In this document: in pieces, positions 54,901-63,172 of the stretch
Layout of the letters: each line of letters begins with the position of its first letter
How positions within the stretch are numbered: position 1 is the first letter of the stretch
Origin: an uncultured Candidatus Saccharibacteria bacterium
GTDB lineage: Bacteria > Patescibacteriota > Saccharimonadia > Saccharimonadales > UBA10212
Assembly (NCBI GenBank): GCA_964483315.1
Contig: CAZAAL010000002.1
Location: forward strand, 8,689-72,688
Reading direction: 5' to 3'
Length of the DNA: 64,000 nt
Notes under the pieces: model-generated
Told to the model about the DNA's origin: nothing
The model's database searches: none
The model's input: the letters and a program-made list of their open reading frames with translations, nothing else
Translations under genes and position numbers: made by a program

Positions 54901-55516
54901 ACCGATTTTAGCCGACCTAGCAATATCTTCCTCGAAGTTAATACCAGAGATGGATGGCAAAAACGCCACAGTTGGGGGCAGTATTATAGATATTCGTGAA
55001 ATAACTACCAAGAATGGCGCAAAGATGGCTTTTGTTAAAATTGCCGATATTGATGGCGAGTTTGAACTGGTGGTTTTCCCGGGTGTTTACAAAGACATTG
55101 CACCACTTTTAAATCGCGATACCATAGTGCTCGCTAAAGGTAAATTAACTGCCAAAGGGCGCGATGGCCAAATGGAGTCAGAGGTAAAACTGTTAGTCGA
55201 TGAACTGCGCGAGATTACCCAAGAAGAAGCCAAAGACTACAAACCCCAATCAATTAAATCTAATGACGATATGAGTATAGTCCAACCGTCAGCCAGTCGG
55301 GTTTATATAAGACTAGAAAACGGGCAAGATGCTGATCAGTTGTTAGCACTTAAAGAGCAGCTCGATCAAAAAAAGGGTCAAACAGAAGTAGTTTTAGTAA
55401 CCGGCCCAACCTCAAACAAACAAATTATAAGATTACCCCAACGAATTGAGCCCGACGAACCTGCACTTCGTGGGTTGGCTGACATTTTTGGTACAGCCAA
55501 TGTAGTTGTTAAGTAG
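51926..55516 (+). CDS. dnaE: DNA polymerase III alpha subunit
   Basis: The PHP domain is FVHLHNHTQYSLLDG. GPGRGSAAGS, MPDMDIDI, FNKSHAACY and a C-terminal OB fold follow. The protein is 1196 aa. Confidence 0.95.
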   Translation: MAKNGVKINPKDFVHLHNHTQYSLLDGLTKVPELIDYVAEKQMSAIAVTDHGTMSGAIEFYKTATAKGIKPIVGMEAYVASRSHTDKDVTKDKQNYHLTVLAMNETGYKNLMRLSTIANLDGFYYKPRIDHDLIKKYNEGLIILSGCMGGEVSDALRQDQYKQAKEIASWYKSIFGDRYYIELQDHGHPKHPSAWSEQQKVNEQLLKLAEELNLKAVVTCDAHYLKVDDQEAHEVLLCVQTGAYLSDKARMSLKEFQLHVADPADIVDRWGEEHPQLILNTKEIASRCDLNIELGKILIPKFPVPKGESEKSYLEKQVWQGLLRRYKGYTAKKAEQSSKADAKKALDAPIVERAEYELGVIDSMGFNGYFLIVSDFINWGKDRGIVFGPGRGSAAGSIIAYATRITDLDPLAYDLLFERFLNPDRISMPDMDIDIQDSRRDEVIDYCINKYGRDRVANIVTFGRMAARNAVRDVARVLEVPYADADRIAKLIPPPVQGRHIPLAKSLESNSELKHEQESNQQASRVFELASRLEMTIRSHGVHAAGVVIAPDDIVNYTPLEMAQKGVIATQYSMLPIEDLGLLKMDFLGLSNLTTIKNALRIIKKVYNKNIDIGAIPLDDEKTFELLQRGESTGVFQLESAGMRRYLKDLKPTAFDDIVAMVALYRPGPMQWIDDFIARKHGMKEIEYIHPAVEPALDNTYGVIVYQEQVMQISKDMCGFSGGQADTLRKAIGKKIPEVMAKMKDEFIEGGVKTVNADRKLMEKFWKQLEDFAAYCFNKSHAACYGLIAYQTAYLKAHFPSAFMAALMTSDYDNTDRLAIEITECSHMGIEVLPPDVNQSFHEFAVVPDSQQIRFGLDAIKNVGHGAAEEIIAVREKDGSFKSIEDFFRRVNLRTANRKTIESLIKSGAFDSLESRAKLLFNIDNLMNFGTKIQKEAAVGQVDLFGELTSKEVTNSINWLEPDESVGSRELLSWERDLLGIYLSHHPLEDFEPILADLAISSSKLIPEMDGKNATVGGSIIDIREITTKNGAKMAFVKIADIDGEFELVVFPGVYKDIAPLLNRDTIVLAKGKLTAKGRDGQMESEVKLLVDELREITQEEAKDYKPQSIKSNDDMSIVQPSASRVYIRLENGQDADQLLALKEQLDQKKGQTEVVLVTGPTSNKQIIRLPQRIEPDEPALRGLADIFGTANVVVK

Positions 55517-55522
55517 ACCGGT

Positions 55523-56587
55523 TTATAAGACCAGTCCACTTGTTCGGCTCATCAAATAAGCCACAGCTAGGATTGTCAAAAATCCAACGTCAATCAATGG
55601 GTGGTGAATTACAAAGTTTTCGCCATTGATTAATGCCCGTCGGGCTATAACTGCGTGTCTGGTAATCCAAAGTCCACCAACTATAACCATTACAATCATT
55701 GTAGCCGAGGCAGTCCAAGCAGTTGCCGACGCCCCTAACACAACCTCAAGCTGAGAAGATTTTTTTGTAGGCATATTAATTGGGATTACCCCTTGGTTTG
55801 TAATCGGCTGTTTGGTTGGATTACTCCCAGGAACTGGTTGTGTGGCCGGAGTTGTGGTTTTGGTTGGAGTCGGTGGTGTTGGGGTTGGAGCTGGCGGTGT
55901 AGCTTTTGGCGCTGTAGCAACTTGCTTTGGAGGATCCGCACAGTTAGGAGGAGTCCCGATTTGACCATTAGGACAGGGCGTAGGTATAACTGCAGCTTTT
56001 GTAACTCCGTAAAATGCAACAACGATCGTCATTGGGCCACCTCCAGCCGAGGTGTAATCGGCATTATTTGCGTAGCCAAATCCGACTTCTGTAAATGCAA
56101 TGTCGAGCATGTTTGCACGGTGCGCAGCACTATTCATCCAACCAGTTATAGTTGAGGACTCGTTTGAAAAGCCAGCCGCTAAGTTTTCACCAATCTTTTG
56201 ATACGGATAACCTTGAGCATCAACAAACACCCATGGCGGGTTGCCTTCAGGCGTGTTATGGCTCCAGTAGTTTCGGCTGGCCATATCATTGGCTTTTGCT
56301 TGCGCTGCTGCTGATAATTTTGAATTCAGCGATAAGGCCCCAGCACCGTTTTCGGCGCGCTTTTGGTTGGTGTTACTTAGCAGTCCACTAGCACTCATAC
56401 TAGTCGAGTAAGCCAAAACCCCGCCCCTTAAATCTGTCATGGCACGGGCGCTCAAGCCACCAAATGCCAAAACTAAAGATACCACTATTACCAGCGGTAA
56501 ATAAGGCCAATAAACGCGTTCGAAATCACGCTTTGAAACGCCTTTAGGGCGATGTTCGTTGTAGTGCGAGCGGTGTCTTTTTGCCAT
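55523..56587 (-). CDS. Membrane-anchored CAP/SCP (PR-1-like) domain protein with a Pro/Thr-rich linker
   Basis: The CAP core is NQKRAENGAGALSLNSKLSAAAQAKANDMASRNYWSHNTP...GWMNSAAHRANML. The linker is PKATPPAPTPTPPTPTKTTTPATQP. TM segments flank both ends. Confidence 0.7.
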   Translation of the reverse strand: MAKRHRSHYNEHRPKGVSKRDFERVYWPYLPLVIVVSLVLAFGGLSARAMTDLRGGVLAYSTSMSASGLLSNTNQKRAENGAGALSLNSKLSAAAQAKANDMASRNYWSHNTPEGNPPWVFVDAQGYPYQKIGENLAAGFSNESSTITGWMNSAAHRANMLDIAFTEVGFGYANNADYTSAGGGPMTIVVAFYGVTKAAVIPTPCPNGQIGTPPNCADPPKQVATAPKATPPAPTPTPPTPTKTTTPATQPVPGSNPTKQPITNQGVIPINMPTKKSSQLEVVLGASATAWTASATMIVMVIVGGLWITRHAVIARRALINGENFVIHHPLIDVGFLTILAVAYLMSRTSGLVL

Positions 56588-56641
56588 TGTTTTTATTTTT
56601 TGCTCTACTAAGGTGTAACTATAGCATAAATTGGTAGTGTT

Positions 56642-57148
56642 TTAAAGTCTTATTTGCTCAAAATACCTTACATGGTAAAGCATCATTGCGCCAGCCTGGA
56701 CAACATTAAAAGATTCTTTAGAACCGTTCATTGGAATTTCGACAATCTGGTCACATTTTGCTAGCAGTTCGGTATCAATGCCAGTAACTTCGTTACCTAA
56801 GATCACTACCGTTTTTTTTGTTGGCACAAAATTCGGCAACTTTATTGATTTTTTAGATTGCTCTAAACCGATAATTGCCCAATCCTGTTGCTTTAAAGAG
56901 TCAATCAGTTTAAATATATCATCAACTTTAAGCCATTTTTGAGACTGTTCGCTACCCAAAGATGTTTTTACGATTTGGTAGTTAACTTTTTGAGCAATGT
57001 GCGGTAAGCGACTATCATTTTTTTGGATAGGGTAGGGGGTGTAGCCGGACAGGTAAATCTGCTCAACGCCAATTCCTTCAGCTGTTCTAAAAATCGAGCC
57101 AACATTATGGCTTGAGCGAATATTGTGAGCAATTAGGCAAATTTTCAT
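56642..57148 (-). CDS. SpoU/TrmH-family RNA 2'-O-methyltransferase
   Basis: SHNVGSIFRTAEGIGV, VILGNEVTGI and IPMNGSKESFNVVQAGAMMLY are the SPOUT motifs. Confidence 0.8.
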   Translation of the reverse strand: MKICLIAHNIRSSHNVGSIFRTAEGIGVEQIYLSGYTPYPIQKNDSRLPHIAQKVNYQIVKTSLGSEQSQKWLKVDDIFKLIDSLKQQDWAIIGLEQSKKSIKLPNFVPTKKTVVILGNEVTGIDTELLAKCDQIVEIPMNGSKESFNVVQAGAMMLYHVRYFEQIRL

Positions 57149-57214
57149 ACTAATACTATAGACTTTAACATCTCGTATGTTTAACGCTTATGTTTTATAC
57201 TGTAGACTAGCAAT

Positions 57215-58810
57215 ATGTCTCAGGATCCTCGTGCAGATGAAGAATTGACGACTCAGCGTCGTGCTGGTGTTTTGGGTTTGAATTATTATGACTCAAGTCA
57301 AGGCGAAAAAGTCCTTTACAAGGGCATACTTACAGTGCCCGAGCTTTATGCCCAAAAGGTTATACCGTTATCTGCCGATTCTAGCCATATTCACTTTGGG
57401 ATAACCACCACAACTTCGCAACAAACTATGAACAATTTAAGACAACGATTTCTAGATCAAAGAGTCGACTTTTCGATTATTTCTGATACAGGTTACAGCG
57501 ATTACATGCATCTGTATGATCCGCCAAAACAAGTCGTTTATCAGGACATTTCGCTAACTGGATCAACCGACGAAATAATCCAAAACATAAGTGCAACACT
57601 TGACCAGGTTCGGTCTGACGATATGTTGGCATACATCGTACAGCAAGCCTATCGACTAAAAGCTAGCGACATTCATCTTGAGTGCCAAAAAGAGCATATC
57701 AGAATCCGCTTGCGCGTAGATGGCGTTTTGCACCCTGTGGCATTCGTTTCGCATCAAAAATACCGATTGTTAATGAGCTCTATCGCCAGTTTGGCTAATG
57801 TCTCAACTGGGTCAGATGATGCCCAAACTGGGCACATAAACAAAACATATAAACTCGCAACAGGCGAAGAGGTAACACTTAACCTCAGAGTCGAGACAGT
57901 CCCAAGTGCTTATGGTATCGACGTGGTTATGCGACTGTTTAATCTAAAGCTAGAATTTTTCAAACTTGAAAATCTAGGCCTAAGTCCTGAAGAGATGAAC
58001 GAAGTTCAGGATGTAATTAAGCATCCAACGGGTATGGTTTTAATTGTTGGACCAACAGGTTCTGGTAAAACCACCACACTATATTCGTTGATAAATACTT
58101 TGAATACAGATGAAAATAAAATTATTACGCTCGAGGATCCAATTGAGTATTTTATGCCCGGTGTAGTACAAATTCCGGTTCATGGCGACAATAACGAAAA
58201 GGGTTTTGCCGAAAAACTCAGGGCAATTTTAAGGCTTGACCCAGACGTTGTAATGGTCGGTGAAATTCGTGATCAAGATACGGCAAAAACCGCTTTGCAA
58301 GCGGCTCTAACTGGGCACTTAGTTTTGTCTACTTTTCACGCCAGTTCGGCTGCAGCAGCCTTAACCAGAATGCTAGATGCAATCGGCATCAACCCGCTTT
58401 TTTCAAGTGCCATGCACCTTGTTATGGCGCAAAGACTGGTCAGAAAGTTAGATGACTCCAACAAAGTTGCCTACCAGCCTGATGACGCTTTAAAAGCCCA
58501 ACTTTCAGAGGTTATCAATACCTTCCCAAGCCACATAAATAAACCAGACGTAAATCAAATAACGCTTTACAAAGCTGGTCAATCTCCCGAAAATCCATTT
58601 GGCTATTCCGGCCAAATTGCCTTACGGGAACAACTTAAAATGACGCCAGGGGTAAAACAACTTTTAAGACTACCACCAAATCAACTAACCACCGAAATGC
58701 TTCAGCAAAAAGCGGTAGAAGAGGGTATGCTGACCATGCTACACGATGGACTTTTAAAGGCGTTTGCGGGCCAAACCACCCTCGAAGAAGTTTATCGAGT
58801 TGTCGGTTAA
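57215..58810 (+). CDS. pilB: GspE/PilB-family type IV pilus or type II secretion assembly ATPase
   Basis: Walker A is VGPTGSGKTTTLYS. An Asp box, Walker B (VMVGEIRD) and a His box (TGHLVLSTFH) follow. The pilus assignment is by family context only. Confidence 0.8.
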   Translation: MSQDPRADEELTTQRRAGVLGLNYYDSSQGEKVLYKGILTVPELYAQKVIPLSADSSHIHFGITTTTSQQTMNNLRQRFLDQRVDFSIISDTGYSDYMHLYDPPKQVVYQDISLTGSTDEIIQNISATLDQVRSDDMLAYIVQQAYRLKASDIHLECQKEHIRIRLRVDGVLHPVAFVSHQKYRLLMSSIASLANVSTGSDDAQTGHINKTYKLATGEEVTLNLRVETVPSAYGIDVVMRLFNLKLEFFKLENLGLSPEEMNEVQDVIKHPTGMVLIVGPTGSGKTTTLYSLINTLNTDENKIITLEDPIEYFMPGVVQIPVHGDNNEKGFAEKLRAILRLDPDVVMVGEIRDQDTAKTALQAALTGHLVLSTFHASSAAAALTRMLDAIGINPLFSSAMHLVMAQRLVRKLDDSNKVAYQPDDALKAQLSEVINTFPSHINKPDVNQITLYKAGQSPENPFGYSGQIALREQLKMTPGVKQLLRLPPNQLTTEMLQQKAVEEGMLTMLHDGLLKAFAGQTTLEEVYRVVG

Positions 58811-59139
58811 TAACCCCGGCTTTTATCAACCATAACTACCTGTACAACTCCACAAATAATTTGAGCCACCTTACTAGCTTCGTCTAGTGGTTCACCTATA
58901 ATTTTTACTTTATGAGTTTCAAATTTTTCTAATCCCTTAAAACAAACTTCAATTATGTCAATGTTTTGCCTGTCATAATAATTTTCAAAATCTCGCTGCT
59001 CACCGTTGTAATAAAACACTTTAGCAGAATCAAATAAATAACTATGATGAGAGTTCCAGGTTGCGCTAAGCTCTGGAGCCTCACCTAATAAGCTAAGCTG
59101 TTCTGCAAAAACAGGCTGAAAACTATGTTCCCGATTCAT
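58807..59139 (-). CDS. Hypothetical protein (110 aa)
   Basis: I prefer the ATG at 59139, 8 nt after TATACT on the minus strand. I recognised no motif. Confidence 0.4.
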   Translation of the reverse strand: MNREHSFQPVFAEQLSLLGEAPELSATWNSHHSYLFDSAKVFYYNGEQRDFENYYDRQNIDIIEVCFKGLEKFETHKVKIIGEPLDEASKVAQIICGVVQVVMVDKSRGY

Positions 59140-59212
59140 TACTTCAAAGTATAGCAAAACCACAACGGAGCTATTGATTATTTTAGCTATTTACTGTAAG
59201 ATATACAGCTGT

Positions 59213-59767
59213 ATGCAAGGTGTAGCTCAAAAAGTTTCTGCAAAGTATCAAAAGAAAAGTGTCGTAGATGTTAAATCAGGCGACACTGTTAAAGTGCACC
59301 AACGAGTCAAAGAGGGCAACAAAACCCGTATTCAGATTTTTGAAGGTTTAGTTATTAGGGTTGGCAAAAAGCAAAGCCTAACATCTACATTTACTGTAAG
59401 ACGAATCGCTTCAGGGGTTGGCGTTGAAAAATCCTACCTAATTCACTCACCAAATGTTGTTAAAGTCGAAGTAGTAAAGCGCTCAAAAGTCCGCCGGAAC
59501 TACTTAAGCTATATGCGTGAGTTAACTGGTAAAAGCGCCAGATTGACCGGTGTTGAATTTGATAAAACAGCCGTAAACGCTCAGGGCGAAATAGCTGAAG
59601 AAGAAAAACCAAGTTCAAATGAGTCTGAACCAGCAGAGCCTGCTGAACCAACAGAACAAAAAGAAACTAAAAAAGAAGATTCTAGCAACGAACCTTCCGT
59701 TGAATCGCCTGAACCAGCAGAGCCAGAAGCTCAAGCTGAGCCTCAGCCAGAAGCCGAATCAAAATAA
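59213..59767 (+). CDS. rplS: 50S ribosomal protein L19 with a roughly 70-aa acidic Pro/Glu-rich C-terminal extension
   Basis: VKSGDTVKVHQRVKEGNKTRIQIFEGLVI and FTVRRIASGVGVEK form the L19 core. The start is the ATG at 59213. The tail is EPAEPAEPTEQ...PEPAEPEAQAEPQPEAESK. Confidence 0.9.
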   Translation: MQGVAQKVSAKYQKKSVVDVKSGDTVKVHQRVKEGNKTRIQIFEGLVIRVGKKQSLTSTFTVRRIASGVGVEKSYLIHSPNVVKVEVVKRSKVRRNYLSYMRELTGKSARLTGVEFDKTAVNAQGEIAEEEKPSSNESEPAEPAEPTEQKETKKEDSSNEPSVESPEPAEPEAQAEPQPEAESK

Positions 59768-59793
59768 AAAGCGCTAAGTCAGGGCGCTTTTTT
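59766..59793 (+). terminator. Intrinsic terminator after rplS
   Basis: AAAAAGCGC-taagtcagg-GCGCTTTTTT, with an A-tract and T-tract flanking a short GC stem. Confidence 0.6.
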
Positions 59794-59856
59794 AATAATC
59801 CAAGATAGTTAAAATAAGCTAGACAACAATTTGGCGCGGTGTAATACTTTAGCTAT

Positions 59857-60420
59857 ATGATCGGAGTAGACGAAGTAGGTCGAGGCGCATGGGCCGGACC
59901 GATGTTGGTAGTTGCCGCCAGGCAAATAAGTGATCTTCCGGCTGGCCTAAAAGATTCCAAAAAGCTGTCGCGGGCCAGACGTGAAAAACTTGCCCTATCA
60001 ATCAAGCAAAAATGTGATATTGGCGAAGGCTGGGTGACTTCTGACGAAATTGATAAACTTGGCTTAAGCGACTCGCTCAGGCTTGCTACCAAACGGGCGC
60101 TAACATCTATAAAAGCCAAAAAATACGAAAAAATTATTATCGATGGCAATATAAATTTTGCGGGTGAGGGTTATCTATTATCTAAATGCTTGGTAAATGC
60201 CGATGAATCTGAGCCTCTGGTTAGTGCGGCATCGATCGTTGCAAAGGTTACACGGGATGCGGTGATGCGACAAATAGATGGTGACCATCCGCAATATGGT
60301 TTTAATACAAATGTCGGCTATGGTACCTCGGGCCACATCCAAGCTCTAAAAAAGCATGGGGTTGTTAAAGGTCTGCATAGGCTATCGTTTAAACCAATTA
60401 GGCAAATTAAATATGAATAG
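59857..60420 (+). CDS. rnhB: Ribonuclease HII
   Basis: IGVDEVGRGAWAGPM, DSKKLS and SIVAKV are the RNase HII catalytic motifs. Confidence 0.9.
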   Translation: MIGVDEVGRGAWAGPMLVVAARQISDLPAGLKDSKKLSRARREKLALSIKQKCDIGEGWVTSDEIDKLGLSDSLRLATKRALTSIKAKKYEKIIIDGNINFAGEGYLLSKCLVNADESEPLVSAASIVAKVTRDAVMRQIDGDHPQYGFNTNVGYGTSGHIQALKKHGVVKGLHRLSFKPIRQIKYE

Positions 60421-60748
60421 CGGCAATCTGGCTGAACGCGCCGTGGCTAATCATCTAACCCAGCAGGGCTATAAAATAATTGCTTTAAATTGGCGCAATA
60501 AATATGTAGAAGTCGATATTATTGCTCAAAAATCTGGGGTAGTTTATTTTATCGAATCTAAGTATCGCTCAAACACAATGTTTGGTGATGGCACCGATTA
60601 TATAAACAAAGCAAAACTCAGCAAAATGCAGCTTGGGGCCGAACTATGGGTTGAGCAAAACAACTGGAACGGTGACTACCAACTCCTAGCCGTCAGCATT
60701 AGTGGACCAAATTTTGAACATATTGAACTGTTCGAAATTTTAGATTAG
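60413..60748 (+). CDS. yraN: YraN-family (UPF0102) endonuclease-like protein
   Basis: GNLAERAVANHLTQQGYKIIALNWRNKYVEVDIIA....VYFIESKYR. The ATG at 60413 overlaps the rnhB end. Confidence 0.8.
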   Translation: MNSGNLAERAVANHLTQQGYKIIALNWRNKYVEVDIIAQKSGVVYFIESKYRSNTMFGDGTDYINKAKLSKMQLGAELWVEQNNWNGDYQLLAVSISGPNFEHIELFEILD

Positions 60749-62436
60749 CTTAGTAATTTTTTAGCATGTCCGGACAAATCACTAATCAACTTTTGTTCAA
60801 AAGGTGATCTAAGCCCGGCAGATTTAAATGCATCTAAGATGCTTTTTGTACCACCAATTTTACATAACTCCATATAGATTTTTAGGGTTTTGGGGTAATC
60901 TTTGCTTGCCATCATTGCAAGTTGTAAAGCTCCGGTTTCGGCTAAGGCATAATCAATGTAGTAAAACGGGGCACTAAAAATATGATGTTGCATGTACCAA
61001 CGAGCTTTTTTGAATTCTTTAATACCACTAAAGTCAAACCCTGGTAAATATTTATCGTAAAGCTTATCCCACATTTTATCGCGTGCAGGTATGCCGGACT
61101 TTGGATTTTCATATACCCAATGCTGGAACTCATCAACCACGCAAATATAGCAAAGTGTATAAATTGCCTCGTGCCAGCGTTCTTTGGCAAACTTCGTGGA
61201 CTGCTCTTTATCAAAGTAAACGTCAATGTAGGGCAATGATAAAAATTCCATACCCATAGAATGCACTTCGCACAAATCAAATGTTGGTTGTTGCAAATCA
61301 ACTGATTCAATATGCATGCTTTCGAGGCCCTGGAAAGCATGCCCCATCTCATGAATTAGGGTTCTAACATCATCTGCCTCACCGGTGGAATTACACAAAA
61401 CTGCAACCTTTTGCTCGTCGCTAAAATGCGTGCAGTAGGCGCCGGTGCGTTTATTGGCCCGAGTTTTTAGATCAATCAAATCATTATCAATCATAAATTT
61501 AAAATGCTTACCTAAAGTCGGTGACATTTTGTTAAAAAGTTTTTGAGTGTTTTTAATCTGGCTATCTACCGGCACGATTCCCATTGGTAGGGTAAATTCT
61601 GGGTTGTATAAAAGATCCCATGGCTTTAGTTTTTTTGTACCATTTGCTTTGGCTTGCTTTTTAGATAATTCTTCCCATAAAGGACTCATATATTTGTGAA
61701 CACTATCGCGGAACTTTTTGACATCCTTTGGCCCATAGTCAGTGCGTCCCATTGATTCATAGGCCAGCGGAGTATAGGTTGTATAGCCAACATTTTTTGC
61801 CATTTGCGTCCTTAGCCCCACCAACTGATCAAATATATAAGCCATACGGCCATGTCGTTTTAGATACCACTTTGTTCGGGCATTGTAACTTTTTTTACGG
61901 ATTGATTCGTCAGCCGAAAAGCCTAAGGATCGTGCTTCCCAGGAGTTATATTTTTTACCATTTATAGTTATTTGTGCTTTGGCCAGAATTTTTTCGTATT
62001 TAGTGGTTAAGTTTGATGCTTTTACCCTAGCATTTGTGTTAATTGGATCTAGCGGCTTTAGTTGCGTTTGATAAGTTACGTCTAGTAGTTTACCGAAGCG
62101 TTTTAACATGGCTGGTTTGTGACGGCTGTCTAAAAACGCCTTAGTTAATAAAAACTCCTGCTCAACGATTGCCGGCATGAGCTTGTCGTTGATGTATTTT
62201 TCCTTGGCTTCAAGCTTTTTATCAGCCATGTTTTTGTTAAACTCGTGACCAATTCGACTAGCTTCTGACGAAACGTATGATTTAAGCTCGTTCCATTCAG
62301 TAAATAATTTTAGCCAATCATCAGCTGTTTTTGATGCCTCAGCGGGCTCAATTCTATCCAGTAGGTTTTGGTACTGGTTTTTTGCAAACTCAGCAGTTAG
62401 GTTTTTTGGTCGATTCTTAAAATGGATATAGCTCAT
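60745..62436 (-). CDS. pepF: M3B-family oligoendopeptidase F
   Basis: The zinc motif is LIHEMGHAF. The 563-aa length and overall layout fit PepF. Confidence 0.85.
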   Translation of the reverse strand: MSYIHFKNRPKNLTAEFAKNQYQNLLDRIEPAEASKTADDWLKLFTEWNELKSYVSSEASRIGHEFNKNMADKKLEAKEKYINDKLMPAIVEQEFLLTKAFLDSRHKPAMLKRFGKLLDVTYQTQLKPLDPINTNARVKASNLTTKYEKILAKAQITINGKKYNSWEARSLGFSADESIRKKSYNARTKWYLKRHGRMAYIFDQLVGLRTQMAKNVGYTTYTPLAYESMGRTDYGPKDVKKFRDSVHKYMSPLWEELSKKQAKANGTKKLKPWDLLYNPEFTLPMGIVPVDSQIKNTQKLFNKMSPTLGKHFKFMIDNDLIDLKTRANKRTGAYCTHFSDEQKVAVLCNSTGEADDVRTLIHEMGHAFQGLESMHIESVDLQQPTFDLCEVHSMGMEFLSLPYIDVYFDKEQSTKFAKERWHEAIYTLCYICVVDEFQHWVYENPKSGIPARDKMWDKLYDKYLPGFDFSGIKEFKKARWYMQHHIFSAPFYYIDYALAETGALQLAMMASKDYPKTLKIYMELCKIGGTKSILDAFKSAGLRSPFEQKLISDLSGHAKKLLS

Positions 62437-62889
62437 TTAATCCCTAGTCCTTACATGTGGCATTAATTTTGTTAATAAATCTTTTTCCAGGTCCAATTTA
62501 TCGCTAGATAATATCTTAACATCTAAACTTGTGAAGACGTGGTTTTTTAGTTCATCATCTAGCTTGCCGTAGTAACTCAGTTTAAGTTCGTAGTCGCCCG
62601 CAAAAAGCATAGTATTGGTGTGCAGTCGTAGCTCGCCGCGTTTTTTTAAGTGGTTGATTCTGGCGATTTCATGAACTGTCTGACCTTGTTTGCCAACATG
62701 GGTAATTTCGGCACGGGTTATTTTTAGCTTATCCTGATGCATCCATATTCGTTTACTGGGTCGCCCAAGCTTTTTACCAGATATTTTTAGCTCGCCATAA
62801 AAGCGATTAGTCAGTTCATCTGGGCGTAGGCTGAGCTCAAAACTTTCAATACTAAATATAGGGGGCTGTTTTTTACCTTGGTTGCTCAT
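62437..62889 (-). CDS. Stand-alone domain resembling the N-terminal beta-domain of M1 aminopeptidases
   Basis: FELSLRPDELTNRFYGELKISGKKLG.....IWMHQDKLKITRAEI follows the y-l-l-pd...f-G-v-i...i-lH...l-i pattern of Peptidase_M1_N. The stop directly abuts the pepF ATG (TAAATG). Confidence 0.4.
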   Translation of the reverse strand: MSNQGKKQPPIFSIESFELSLRPDELTNRFYGELKISGKKLGRPSKRIWMHQDKLKITRAEITHVGKQGQTVHEIARINHLKKRGELRLHTNTMLFAGDYELKLSYYGKLDDELKNHVFTSLDVKILSSDKLDLEKDLLTKLMPHVRTRD

Positions 62890-62914
62890 CTTGGTCTAAT
62901 TCTACTTTATTTAG

Positions 62915-62943
62915 TTGTATTTTGCCCGAAACTCGTGTACAAT
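62915..62943 (+). promoter_or_regulatory. Putative promoter TTGTAT-17 nt-TACAAT of the nusA leader
   Basis: The hexamers and spacer were read directly. The predicted transcription start is near 62950. Confidence 0.5.
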
Positions 62944-62955
62944 TGCTATATCAAA

Positions 62956-62980
62956 TCCGACCGGCAGGTCGGAATTTTTT
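62956..62980 (+). terminator. Intrinsic terminator or attenuator at the very 5' end of the nusA leader
   Basis: TCCGACC-GGCA-GGTCGGA, then A and TTTTTT. It begins about 6 nt after the predicted transcription start. No upstream plus-strand gene exists for it to terminate. Confidence 0.6.
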
Positions 62981-63110
62981 ATGCCAATTAACAACTAAAA
63001 TTCATCGTGCATTTGGATGTAGTGCAAGGATGTGACGAGCAACGGACCGAGTCGTATATCTAATACGTCGAAGGGAGTAGCGCAGTCACAGACACAGCAA
63101 TTCGCCAAAA

Positions 63111-63153
63111 GTGCCTGCGGAACAAGTGGCTTGAACACTTGGCAGGCAGGCAC
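63111..63153 (+). promoter_or_regulatory. Nested stem-loop in the nusA 5' UTR
   Basis: The outer stem is GTGCCTGC...GCAGGCAC and the inner stem is CAAGTG-gcttgaa-CACTTG. It ends about 6 nt before the GAGAGGA Shine-Dalgarno site of nusA. Confidence 0.45.
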
Positions 63154-63172
63154 GGTGCGAGAGGAATAAATT

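Noticed and set aside
55786-56155. Overlapping ORFs on both strands inside the CAP-domain gene
   Set aside because: They arise from the Pro/Thr-rich repetitive linker (CCN/ACN codons read in other frames). The 354-aa frame has the recognisable domain.
62990-63110. The nusA-upstream spacer as a known structured RNA (SRP RNA, RNase P, tmRNA, 6S or a riboswitch)
   Set aside because: I could not find the diagnostic conserved motifs of any of these RNAs by eye. I have kept it as an uncharacterised structured leader.
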